Part shown: one piece after another, positions 20,456-29,227 of the stretch
How positions within the stretch are numbered: position 1 is the stretch's first letter
Layout: every line of letters starts with the position of its first letter
From: Bacillus subtilis subsp. subtilis str. 168
GTDB taxonomy: Bacteria > Bacillota > Bacilli > Bacillales > Bacillaceae
Assembly: GCF_000009045.1 (NCBI RefSeq)
Contig: NC_000964.3
Location: forward strand, 1,922,001-1,986,000
DNA length: 64,000 nucleotides
Reading direction: 5' to 3'
The notes under the pieces: model-generated
Database searches by the model: none
The model's input: the letters and a program-made list of their open reading frames with translations, nothing else
Told to the model about the DNA's origin: nothing
Translations under genes and position numbers: made by a program

Positions 20456-20479
20456 TTTGTCATTCAGCAGTAAAATTTC

Positions 20480-20581
<102 letters not shown>

Positions 20582-20643
20582 AGAATAAAGCTTTGCTGTT
20601 TTTATGTACATCCTTTCTTCTTCCTGTAATTCAGCAACAAAAT

Positions 20644-20673
20644 AAAAAAGCGATTTCCCAATCGGAAAATCGC
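20644..20673 (-). terminator. xynD-xynC terminator
   Basis: GCGATTT..AAAATCGC stem followed on the minus strand by TTTTTTATTTT. Confidence 0.75.
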
Positions 20674-20713
20674 CAATTCAGACACTCTATTATTTATGTG
20701 TGTCTTTGTGCTC

Positions 20714-21982
20714 TTAACGATTTACAACAAATGTTGTCACGCTTTGAGCTGGAAGATGAGCCCAAAAATGATTGCCTGATACAGTGAGATTCGTTCCAGG
20801 TTGTAGATTGCTGCTGCTGCTCGTGATCCATCTAGATACGTTTGAAGCAGATCCATTCTGCAAAACAAAGTTTTGGTTGACTCCTGTGTTGCTTTTATTG
20901 ATGGCAACAATAACGACCTTGTTGTCACCTTTATAGGCTGACACGTAAACGTTCGCATTAGGGTTTTTCGTTGCATCAATCCTTACATAGCCGGGACGCA
21001 CAAACTTTGAGAAATGAGCCATATTGTAGCCGCGTTTGCTGATCGTACCATCTTCTTTCATAGGTCCATATGATCTTCGGATGTACCACCATACATAAGC
21101 TTGAAAGTCCCCCTCTACCATCGCATTGTGAATATGCTGTGAAACATCCAATGCCTCAGGCCATCGATCCGCCGAGTTGGTATCACTGTTTGGATAGTAT
21201 ACTTCCGTCATCCAAAGGTCCTTCCCCGCTCCTTTTTGTTTGAAAAGAGGATAAGGGAATTGGCTGACCTGGGTGCCGTACAGGTGAGTTCCGAGAATAT
21301 CCATATTGGCAAGAGCCTGCGGATCGTTCAAGATCGGGTCCGACAAATTCTTCAAGTATTGAAATGACTCAGGCGCAATGACGCGGGCATTGATCGAGCC
21401 GGCGTTTTCTCTCATAAAGCGAAGTATTTCTTGCGGCGTCCACCACGTCCACTCGTGAGCGTAATCAGGCTCGTTTTGGACCGAAATCGCGTAAAGATTC
21501 ACACCATTATTCTTCATGAAGGTAACAAAATCGTTAAGATGCTGCGCGTATGCTGCGTACTTGTTGTATTTCAGCCGTTTAGCCGATGTGTCACCATTCC
21601 GATTAAAGGTCTCAACCATATCACTTGGAGGATTCCAAGGAGAAGCAAAAACGATTGCTCCGTGTTTGACCGCACTCTTTGCAGTCTCCACCTCTTTATA
21701 CCAATTATTTCGATTTTCATCTACATGAATTCTTAAGATTGAAAATCCTAACTGGTTCTGTCCATTGCCAAAAGCAGTTTCTCTTTGAGCTGCTGTAAGA
21801 TCCCCAGCCCAAGCCGGATGATTCATCCCTCCAAAACCGCGAATCACTTGTTTCTCTGCAGATACATTAACTGTTACATCACTTGCTGCCAAAACTTCAG
21901 TAGCGCCTGGCCCTAACATGACTGACAGCATAGTGAAACATACTAATAGTACACAAATTGTTTTTTTTATGCGTGGAATCAT
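20714..21982 (-). CDS. xynC: Glucuronoxylanase XynC (GH30_8)
   Basis: 422 aa, signal peptide; AISVQNEPDY and KDLWMTEV catalytic motifs. Confidence 0.97.
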   Translation of the reverse strand: MIPRIKKTICVLLVCFTMLSVMLGPGATEVLAASDVTVNVSAEKQVIRGFGGMNHPAWAGDLTAAQRETAFGNGQNQLGFSILRIHVDENRNNWYKEVETAKSAVKHGAIVFASPWNPPSDMVETFNRNGDTSAKRLKYNKYAAYAQHLNDFVTFMKNNGVNLYAISVQNEPDYAHEWTWWTPQEILRFMRENAGSINARVIAPESFQYLKNLSDPILNDPQALANMDILGTHLYGTQVSQFPYPLFKQKGAGKDLWMTEVYYPNSDTNSADRWPEALDVSQHIHNAMVEGDFQAYVWWYIRRSYGPMKEDGTISKRGYNMAHFSKFVRPGYVRIDATKNPNANVYVSAYKGDNKVVIVAINKSNTGVNQNFVLQNGSASNVSRWITSSSSNLQPGTNLTVSGNHFWAHLPAQSVTTFVVNR

Positions 21983-22112
21983 TTATTCCTCTCCTTCGTC
22001 ATGTGTCTTTTACGGTATTAAAAAATCTGCATGGCATATCCATAATGGCGGGCTGTTCCGGTGCTGGCCCGTACTTCACCCGCCTCGTTTTTAAGCGGTC
22101 CCATTACGAGTA

Positions 22113-23654
22113 CTATCTTTGCGTAAACTGCCAGTAATCAAAATTAAACAAGTTTCCTGTACCTGTTCCGGTAAATACAAAGAATACTTTGTGCACACCG
22201 GTTGCCCCGCTTACCGCAGTTTCTATTTCCCTCCACGTTTGCGCTCCGCCTGTTGAAGGCACATTCAGAGTTCCAACAAGCTTACCGTCTGCACTGTCGA
22301 GGCGCACTTCTATTTTCCCGCCTAAAGTGGATGCTACATTTGCTTTAAATGACCTGGCACCGCCCGCTCCGAAGTCTGCATTTCCTACAGCAATCCAGTC
22401 TCCATTTTGAATGCTTGTTACATGCTGATTATTTACTGGCCCGCCGGGTGCTGTGGACTTCTCTGTCAAAATGCGTCCATTCCAAGCAAACGTTTCAGCT
22501 TCTACCCGGTTATATGGGTTTAAATTGGAAATTTGTGTTACACCTGCATAATTTGCCGCTACCTCTTGAATAGATCCATCTGCATTATGCACCAGCTTAT
22601 TAATATGGGGAGAGCGGTATCCTTTGCCGGCCCCGAACAGAGCGGAACTGACAGTTTGCGCATGGTACACCACATACCACTCGTTTTTAAAATTGAAAAC
22701 AGCATGATGGTTGTTTCCGCCACCTCCGAAAAATGCACCCGGATTTTTCAGGAAGTGCCCTCTATATGTAAAGGGACCCATGGGACTTGAACTGGTCATG
22801 TAGCCGATCTCACCCGGGGGTTTATCGGCCGGGTGCGTGCCGCCGAAATTGATGCAATAGGAGTAATAATATGTTCCGTTATACTTGTGCAATCCCGAAT
22901 CTTCAAACATGAAAGGCGCATCAATTGTAGATGCACTTCCAACAACACTCGTCATATCAGGCCCCAATTTTATGACTCTAGCCGTTTTAGGATTGGCCCA
23001 TTGTCCCTGCGTTGGATTTGAAACGCCAGGAACGCCTCCGCCGGCATACAGGTAACCGGTTCCGTCGTCATCTACAAATACTGCCGGATCAAAAAGCCAT
23101 ACAACACCAGACATTCCTGGCGTACTTGGCGTTACGAGCGGTTTTCCGATTGGGTCGGTCCATGGACCAATCGGGCTGTCTGCGGTGAGAACCCCGATAC
23201 CTCCGCCGCTGTTTGCGAAATAAAGGAAGAATTTATCCTTGCCATTAATTTTTTTAACTGCGATTGACGGTGCCCATGACGCACCTGCCCATTTTGCAAT
23301 TCCACGGCCTCCATTAGCTCCATTGGCACCTGCTACCGGAATGGCTCCGTGGTCTGTCCAGTTCACCATATCCGCTGAAGATATGACGAATACTCTATTC
23401 AAATTGGCAAATGAATTATCTTTAATTGTTCCGTTGCTATTATATTCATAGTCATCACTTGACATATAGATGTAGACTCTTCCGTTATAGGTCAGCGCAA
23501 CCGGATCCGCTCCCAAATGATGGTCGATAAGCGGATTTGAATTCCCTATATGTTTTGCAATTGTAGTACTAGTGGCAGCATACGCAGACTTCCCAGATAA
23601 GCAGCTCAATAATAAAACTAGAATCCATAAACATACGCTACACTTTTTCCTCAT
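22113..23654 (-). CDS. xynD: Arabinoxylan arabinofuranohydrolase XynD (GH43 + CBM6)
   Basis: ADPVAL, SWAPS, LFDPAVFVDDDG, MFED; C-terminal CBM6 (RVEAET, NFDYWQF); start ATG 23654 or GTG 23657. Confidence 0.97.
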   Translation of the reverse strand: MRKKCSVCLWILVLLLSCLSGKSAYAATSTTIAKHIGNSNPLIDHHLGADPVALTYNGRVYIYMSSDDYEYNSNGTIKDNSFANLNRVFVISSADMVNWTDHGAIPVAGANGANGGRGIAKWAGASWAPSIAVKKINGKDKFFLYFANSGGGIGVLTADSPIGPWTDPIGKPLVTPSTPGMSGVVWLFDPAVFVDDDGTGYLYAGGGVPGVSNPTQGQWANPKTARVIKLGPDMTSVVGSASTIDAPFMFEDSGLHKYNGTYYYSYCINFGGTHPADKPPGEIGYMTSSSPMGPFTYRGHFLKNPGAFFGGGGNNHHAVFNFKNEWYVVYHAQTVSSALFGAGKGYRSPHINKLVHNADGSIQEVAANYAGVTQISNLNPYNRVEAETFAWNGRILTEKSTAPGGPVNNQHVTSIQNGDWIAVGNADFGAGGARSFKANVASTLGGKIEVRLDSADGKLVGTLNVPSTGGAQTWREIETAVSGATGVHKVFFVFTGTGTGNLFNFDYWQFTQR

Positions 23655-23741
23655 CACTTCACATCCTCCTTTTTCCTTAAAATGGGGGATTTTCTTTTGG
23701 AATTTGATAACAACAGGTCACGAAGATTGCACGCATAAAGT

Positions 23742-23910
23742 AGCCGGAAGCTGTTTAGCAATGTTCCCAGTTGTTCTGAAAGCTCATCTTCATGTGTCTC
23801 CATTCTCTCTTTTCTTCGAGGAGATCGCACCACTCCTTCAAAATTGTTCAAAAAAACTTCCCCATTCCTAGCGACCATTGTCCAGAAAATAAAAAGACAG
23901 GATTGTTCAT
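23742..23910 (-). pseudogene. Eroded remnant of an iturin-family malonyl-CoA transacylase gene (ituD/fenF/bmyD type)
   Basis: MNNPVFLFSGQWSLGMGKFF* (23910-23848) resembles the recalled N-terminus MNNLAFLFPGQGSQFVGMGK; KERMETHEDELSEQ (from 23812) and AKQLPA (23759-23742) resemble the recalled C-terminus KERMERHENELSEQELEH...CEAKQLPAW. Confidence 0.75.
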
Positions 23911-23973
23911 GGCCTCCCACTAATCACATTGAACGGAGATTACATCATTATCCAAGATATCCCTTTATCTAAC

Positions 23974-24002
23974 ATCCTACATCATTAAAAAAATTGTGTA
24001 TA
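23974..24002 (-). promoter_or_regulatory. Putative relic lipopeptide-operon promoter now pointing at xynD-xynC
   Basis: TATACA-17-TAGGAT on the minus strand, the hexamer pair I recall for the itu/bmy promoter. Confidence 0.55.
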
Positions 24003-24177
24003 GAAACTTTTGGAGGAGTTAGTGTTCGATTCTACAAAGGAACTGGATACATTTATTCATTGATAAGATGGGGCTAACACTCCGTTTATATTTGTATGTT
24101 TTCAGACACAAAAAACAGCCGTTCAATGCGGCTGTTTTTTTCAAGAGTATAAGACTATTGAGCGGTATACCCGCTTT

Positions 24178-24209
24178 TTCATGTTTTGTTCATATTTTAT
24201 TAATTGTTT
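24178..24209 (+). promoter_or_regulatory. Tandem 11-bp-phased direct repeats, OmpR-family response regulator site (YclJ-type) upstream of yngA
   Basis: TTCATGTTTT-g-TTCATATTTT-a-TTAATTGTTT; overlaps the -35 of TTGTTT-16-TATAGT (24204-24231). Confidence 0.65.
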
Positions 24210-24290
24210 ATTCAACACTGTCCGCTATAGTAATCCATATCAACAAATATGACTGCCACTCGCATCTTTTATGAAGGGAGGTTCGTTACG

Positions 24291-24695
24291 CTGAAAGAAA
24301 AAATAAAGACATTAGGCCGTTTTTGCACCGTAGGCGTCGGCAATACGCTGATAGATTTTGGTGTCTTCTTTCTTCTTACCGCTTGTCATGTCTCTTATCT
24401 GCCGGCGCAGATCTGCTCCTATACTGCAGGTATCGTCAACAGCTATGTGTGGAACCGGAATTGGACGTTTTGTGTGAAACGTAAGGCTGACGGGAAAGAG
24501 ATCGTGCGTTTTCTCATGATTAATATTGCCGCGTCAGGGATCACCTTTTTGCTGCTTTATTTGTTTCAAAATTGCGGCTGCTCGCTTTTGGTGAGTAAGC
24601 TCGCCGCCACTATCGGCGGAATGATGATGAATTTTATCGGAAACCGAATCTGGGTATTTGGAGATTCGCTGAAAAACATACAGGATCAGGAGTGA
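24291..24695 (+). CDS. yngA: GtrA-family undecaprenyl-phosphate-sugar flippase YngA
   Basis: RFCTVGVGNTLIDF...SYVWNRNWTF GtrA pattern; ATG at 24249 has no SD, whereas SD AAGGGAGG sits 9 nt before in-frame CTG 24291 (start uncertain). Confidence 0.85.
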   Translation: MKEKIKTLGRFCTVGVGNTLIDFGVFFLLTACHVSYLPAQICSYTAGIVNSYVWNRNWTFCVKRKADGKEIVRFLMINIAASGITFLLLYLFQNCGCSLLVSKLAATIGGMMMNFIGNRIWVFGDSLKNIQDQE

Positions 24696-24701
24696 AGATG
24701 A

Positions 24702-25595
24702 ATGAGAAAAAAAGTGAGAAAAGCGGTTATACCCGCAGCGGGTTTAGGAACGAGATTTCTGCCGGCGACAAAGGCGCAGCCTAAAGAAATGCTTCCAATC
24801 GTCGACAAACCAGCAATCCAATATATTGTAGAAGAGGCCGCAGAGTCAGGAATTGAAGATATACTGATTATTACAGGGAGAAACAAACGCTCGATTGAAG
24901 ATCATTTTGATCGGTCGGCGGAATTGGAATTCAATCTCCGGGAAAAAGGCAAGACGGAGACACTTAAGGAAATGCAGCAGATTGCCGATTTGGCCAACAT
25001 TCATTACATCCGCCAGAAAGAACCGCTCGGATTAGGCCATGCGGTGCTGTGTGCGGAGCATTTTATCGGAGATGAGCCTTTTGCTGTTCTCTTAGGTGAT
25101 GATATTATGGTGTCTGAAACACCGGCTCTTCGGCAATTAATGGATGTATATGACGTTTATGGCACAGAGGTTGTCGGTGTACAGTCAGTTCTCCCTGAGG
25201 ATGTCAGCAAATATGGTATTATAAATACATCAGGGTCTCAAGGGCATGTATATGAAGTGAACGATTTAGTGGAAAAGCCTTCTCCTGAAGAAGCACCTTC
25301 GGAAATCGCAGTAATGGGACGTTATGTGCTGAATTCTTCGATCTTCTCCGTTTTGAAGACAATTGGCAGAGGCGCGGGCAACGAAATTCAGCTGACAGAT
25401 GCGCTTCGTGAGGTTTGCCGTAAGGAGCCGATCCATGCCCGGCTGCTGGAAGGAAATCGATATGACATTGGCGATAAGCTGGGCTGTTTTAAAGCGAGCA
25501 CCGAAATCGGCTTAATGCGTCCCGAAATGAGATCTCAGCTTTTGGCCTATTTAGAAGATGTGATCAAACGGGAAACGAAAGAAATGCTGCGGTAA
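24702..25595 (+). CDS. yngB: UTP-glucose-1-phosphate uridylyltransferase (GalU/GtaB paralog) YngB
   Basis: KAVIPAAGLGTRFLPATKAQPKEMLP, QKEPLGLGHAV, VEKP. Confidence 0.97.
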   Translation: MRKKVRKAVIPAAGLGTRFLPATKAQPKEMLPIVDKPAIQYIVEEAAESGIEDILIITGRNKRSIEDHFDRSAELEFNLREKGKTETLKEMQQIADLANIHYIRQKEPLGLGHAVLCAEHFIGDEPFAVLLGDDIMVSETPALRQLMDVYDVYGTEVVGVQSVLPEDVSKYGIINTSGSQGHVYEVNDLVEKPSPEEAPSEIAVMGRYVLNSSIFSVLKTIGRGAGNEIQLTDALREVCRKEPIHARLLEGNRYDIGDKLGCFKASTEIGLMRPEMRSQLLAYLEDVIKRETKEMLR

Positions 25596-25601
25596 AAAAA
25601 T

Positions 25602-25628
25602 TGTAACCATCTTGCTCGTCAATCAGTC
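25602..25628 (+). promoter_or_regulatory. Possible ECF (sigmaM-type) promoter internal to the operon, before yngC
   Basis: TGTAAC-17-AGTC versus TGAAAC-16/17-CGTC. Confidence 0.45.
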
Positions 25629-25667
25629 ATATAATAGTGAAAAAGATTAGGACAGGTTGTGAAGAAT

Positions 25668-26264
25668 GTGGGCAGTTTGATAAGCGAAATTTTAACATGG
25701 CTGACGAACATGGGATATGCGGGTATTGCGATTGGGTTAATGATTGAAATCATTCCGAGTGAGATTGTATTAGCTTATGGCGGCTATATGGTATCGGAGG
25801 GCACGATTGGATTTATTGGCGCAATTATTGCGGGTGTTATCGGGGGCACCATTGCCCAGATCTTTATTTACTGGATCGGTCGCTATGGCGGCAGGCCATT
25901 TCTGGACAAATACGGGAAGTATTTATTGATTAAAAAGCATCATATCGATATGTCGGAAAACTGGTTTCAGAAATACGGCGCCGGAGTTGTCTTCTCGGCT
26001 CGTTTTATACCGGTTGTCAGACATGCCATATCCATTCCGGCAGGTATTGCCAGAATGCCTTTTCTCAAATTTGTGGTACTGACTGTGCTTGCTATCATTC
26101 CATGGTCTATCCTGTTTGTTTATTTAGGCATACAGCTAGGAAGCCAGTGGGATGATGTTGAGAATATAGCAGGCACTTATACAACACCGATTATGATATT
26201 GGCTGTTGTCGTGATAGCCCTTTATTTTGTGATTAAGAAACGTACAGCCATATTTAAACGATAG
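25668..26264 (+). CDS. yngC: DedA-family membrane protein YngC (UptA, undecaprenyl-phosphate translocase)
   Basis: IIPSEIVLAYGG, YWIGRYGGR, ARFIPVVRHAISIPAG DedA motifs; GTG start at 25668 or 25659. Confidence 0.93.
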   Translation: MGSLISEILTWLTNMGYAGIAIGLMIEIIPSEIVLAYGGYMVSEGTIGFIGAIIAGVIGGTIAQIFIYWIGRYGGRPFLDKYGKYLLIKKHHIDMSENWFQKYGAGVVFSARFIPVVRHAISIPAGIARMPFLKFVVLTVLAIIPWSILFVYLGIQLGSQWDDVENIAGTYTTPIMILAVVVIALYFVIKKRTAIFKR

Positions 26265-26271
26265 CTAGCGG

Positions 26272-26314
26272 ATATGCATAGGGGTGACTGACGCTCCCCT
26301 ATGCATATTTTTTT
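26272..26314. terminator. Bidirectional terminator yngC/nrnB
   Basis: 13-bp stem ATATGCATAGGGG / CCCCTATGCATAT. Confidence 0.88.
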
Positions 26315-27512
26315 ACTTGCGATGTTGATTTGCCAGCTTCAGATTCTCCGCTAAAAATGCGACAAACACTTCATCCCGCACGAGCGATGCGGCATAATTT
26401 CTCTTAATAAACCATTCTGCCTCTTCAAACGCTGCGAATGTTTCGTCTTGGGTTTCTCCGTTAATTTGAATATTCCATTCGTTGTCTAAAGGGAAAAGAA
26501 AAAATCTCATTTGTGCGCGATTTTCATATAATGATCCATTCGCAGATCCCTTTAGATTATAGATGTTACGGAAGGCATCCGGCCGTACAGGATCAATACG
26601 GAAAGCTTCAGCTACAAACAACTCGTATACTTCATCGGTTATTGAACAGCCGGACGCTTTTGCATGCCCTCCGCCGCCATATCGGCCGGCGATTTCTGAC
26701 ACATCGATGTAATCATGAATGGTGCGGAGACTGACTCGTTTTGACCCCATGCTCAAAATCGCAATGTAATCGAGGTGCGGGTTATCTTTCCCTAGCCTGT
26801 TCCCCAGCTCTGAATGGTACGATTCAGCGTGAACGATGCCTACACAGTGTTCGTGAACAAAGGTTTGTACCATTTCCCTTTTCTTTCTGCGGAGGTAGCG
26901 CTCGATTTTTTCGTCTTCTAAATCAAGCAGTTTTTCTTCAAAATCATCGAAGAAAAATTCGTCATGCGTGGAAAGGCGCTGGATCATTTTTGCTTCAAAT
27001 TCATCGATTGACAGCAAAAAGAAAAGATCATTAAGCCGCTTCGCCTGTTTTTGATCGTACCGCTCCCACTCCCATGTATCGTATTGGCGGACGAGCTCTG
27101 TGAATTGATCTAAGGCGTTTGTCGGTTTCATGAAGCCATTTTCAATGAGATAGCCATATAAAAGCGATGTCGCGGATGTGAGCCTTCCATCATCGTATTC
27201 CACCTGGACAAATCCCCATTCATGCTCATTCAAATGAAGGGCTGTTTTATGATGGTCAATGAGCTTCACTTTGCCCCCTGCATGAACATACTCATTCAAT
27301 CTCTCTTCGTTTTCTTCATTGACGGCGAGATCGGTGATGAATAACGCGTCCTGTCTGTTGCTCTCCTTCGCTTTTTCTAAAAAGTACTGCACCTGTGCGT
27401 TTAAGCCGTTGACAGAGTTATACCGGATCTCTACGTCTTTTCCGAACGCCAATTTTGCTACGATTCCGCATCCTACTCCGTCCAAGTCGTTATGTGAATA
27501 TAAATGATACAT
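26313..27512 (-). CDS. nrnB: DHH-family oligoribonuclease (nanoRNase) NrnB (YngD)
   Basis: HNDLDG, ITDL, IDHHKT, GGGGHAKASG (DHHA1). Confidence 0.95.
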   Translation of the reverse strand: MYHLYSHNDLDGVGCGIVAKLAFGKDVEIRYNSVNGLNAQVQYFLEKAKESNRQDALFITDLAVNEENEERLNEYVHAGGKVKLIDHHKTALHLNEHEWGFVQVEYDDGRLTSATSLLYGYLIENGFMKPTNALDQFTELVRQYDTWEWERYDQKQAKRLNDLFFLLSIDEFEAKMIQRLSTHDEFFFDDFEEKLLDLEDEKIERYLRRKKREMVQTFVHEHCVGIVHAESYHSELGNRLGKDNPHLDYIAILSMGSKRVSLRTIHDYIDVSEIAGRYGGGGHAKASGCSITDEVYELFVAEAFRIDPVRPDAFRNIYNLKGSANGSLYENRAQMRFFLFPLDNEWNIQINGETQDETFAAFEEAEWFIKRNYAASLVRDEVFVAFLAENLKLANQHRK

Positions 27513-27640
27513 AATGTAGGCCCCTTTTTATGATAAACTGACAATTGCCGCTAGAGGTGCGGCAGCCTTTATTTACTATTCTAAAAAACCAAGCGTTTTA
27601 TGCAATGGTAATTAGTTGACATAATGTTGTTATTGTAAAT

Positions 27641-27669
27641 ATATAAAGGAGCGCTTTTTTTGCGCTCCT
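27641..27669 (-). terminator. Terminator of the yngJ-E operon
   Basis: AGGAGCGC-7-GCGCTCCT stem with an A/T-rich tail. Confidence 0.7.
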
Positions 27670-27681
27670 AAGTTCTTGCTT

Positions 27682-29217
27682 TTACACCGGATAAACCGGA
27701 TGCTTTCGATTGGTAAATGTCATTTCCTTTGTCATGTATGCCTTGAGCCGTTTGGCCAGCTCATCACGCAGCGAATTGGCTGGGATAACAGCATCAATGA
27801 TCATTTCTGAAGCCAGACGGTAGATATTGATGTCCTCTTTGTATTCCTCCCGTTTGCTGCTGATAAATGCGGCTCTCTCTTCTTCTGGCAGCTCGGCGAT
27901 TTTTTTAGCGTAGACAGCGTTTACAGCGGCCTCAGGGCCCATGACGGCGATTTGGGCGGTTGGGAGCGCTAGACAGCAATCCGGTTCAAATGCCGGCCCT
28001 GCCATTGCATACAACCCCGCCCCGTAAGCTTTTCGGACAATGACAGAGAGTTTTGGAACAGTTGCCTCCGACATCGCAGAAATCATTTTCGCTCCGTGTC
28101 TGATAATCCCAGCCTGTTCTACTTTTGTGCCAATCATAAAACCGGGGATATCGGCTAAGAACAGCAATGGGATATGAAAAGCGTCACATAAGGTAATAAA
28201 CTTAGCCGCTTTGTCTGCTGAATCGTGGAATAAGACGCCTCCTTTTACCTTCGGCTGGTTTGCAACAATGCCGACAGGCTGTCCGTGGATTCGTGCGAGG
28301 CCCGTCAATAATTCCGGTGCAAATAAGGCTTTGATCTCAAAAAATGAGTCTTCATCTATGACCCGCTCAATGAGCTCATGCATATCAAAAGGTGCGTTTT
28401 GATTTTGCGGAATGACGTCGGCAAGCGGAGTTTCGAAGTGTTTTGGCGGGCGTTTCTCATGAATGGGCGCTTTTTCTTGAAAATTTGCCGGAAAGTAAGA
28501 CAAATAAGCCCGCACCAGCTGTATGGCTTCTTCTTCAGTTTCTGCAAGAATATCTCCGCAGCCGGAGATTGAGCAATGCATACGGGCGCCACCCATTTCT
28601 TCGAGAGACACTTTTTCTCCAATAACCATTTCCGCCATCCTTGGCGAACCTAAATACATGGAGGCGTTACCGTCTACCATAACGACGATATCACAGAAGG
28701 CCGGAATATAAGCGCCTCCTGCCGCAGATGGTCCGAAAAGCAGACAGATTTGCGGAATGCGTCCCGATAATTTGACTTGATTGTAAAAAATTCTTCCTGC
28801 ACCGCGTCTCCCTGGAAAGACATTGATTTGGTCGGTAATTCGGGCGCCTGCCGAATCGACTAAATAAATGAGCGGACAGTTTAATTTTTCGGCGATTTCT
28901 TGAATTCTGATGATTTTTTCAACTGTTTTTGCTCCCCATGACCCCGCTTTCACTGTTGAATCATTCGCCATGACGCAAACGGTTTGGCCGCCGATTTTGC
29001 CGATAGCGGTTACAACTCCGTCAGCGGGAAGCCCGTCTGACATACATTCCGCAAAAAAAGCGTCTTCTAGCTCAATGTCATCGTCAAAGAGAAGGGAAAG
29101 CCGCTCTCTGACAAAGAGCTTGCCTTTTTCCCGATTGCTTTGATGATACTTTTCCGCTCCGCCTTTTCGAATCCGTTCAGCCCGTTCTGTTCGTTCCTTT
29201 TCATAATCCATCAGCAT
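27682..29217 (-). CDS. yngE: Methylcrotonyl-CoA carboxylase-type carboxyltransferase subunit YngE, 511 aa
   Basis: YLVDSAGARI, GPSAAGGAY, FLADIPGFMIG, RKAYGAG; SD AAGGGAGG before ATG 29217. Confidence 0.95.
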   Translation of the reverse strand: MLMDYEKERTERAERIRKGGAEKYHQSNREKGKLFVRERLSLLFDDDIELEDAFFAECMSDGLPADGVVTAIGKIGGQTVCVMANDSTVKAGSWGAKTVEKIIRIQEIAEKLNCPLIYLVDSAGARITDQINVFPGRRGAGRIFYNQVKLSGRIPQICLLFGPSAAGGAYIPAFCDIVVMVDGNASMYLGSPRMAEMVIGEKVSLEEMGGARMHCSISGCGDILAETEEEAIQLVRAYLSYFPANFQEKAPIHEKRPPKHFETPLADVIPQNQNAPFDMHELIERVIDEDSFFEIKALFAPELLTGLARIHGQPVGIVANQPKVKGGVLFHDSADKAAKFITLCDAFHIPLLFLADIPGFMIGTKVEQAGIIRHGAKMISAMSEATVPKLSVIVRKAYGAGLYAMAGPAFEPDCCLALPTAQIAVMGPEAAVNAVYAKKIAELPEEERAAFISSKREEYKEDINIYRLASEMIIDAVIPANSLRDELAKRLKAYMTKEMTFTNRKHPVYPV

Positions 29218-29227
29218 TGCCTCCCTT

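Noticed and set aside
23654-23920. 88-aa ORF ending at the xynD start, as a functional gene
   Set aside because: No SD for its GTG; better explained as frame-shifted pieces of the ituD/fenF relic
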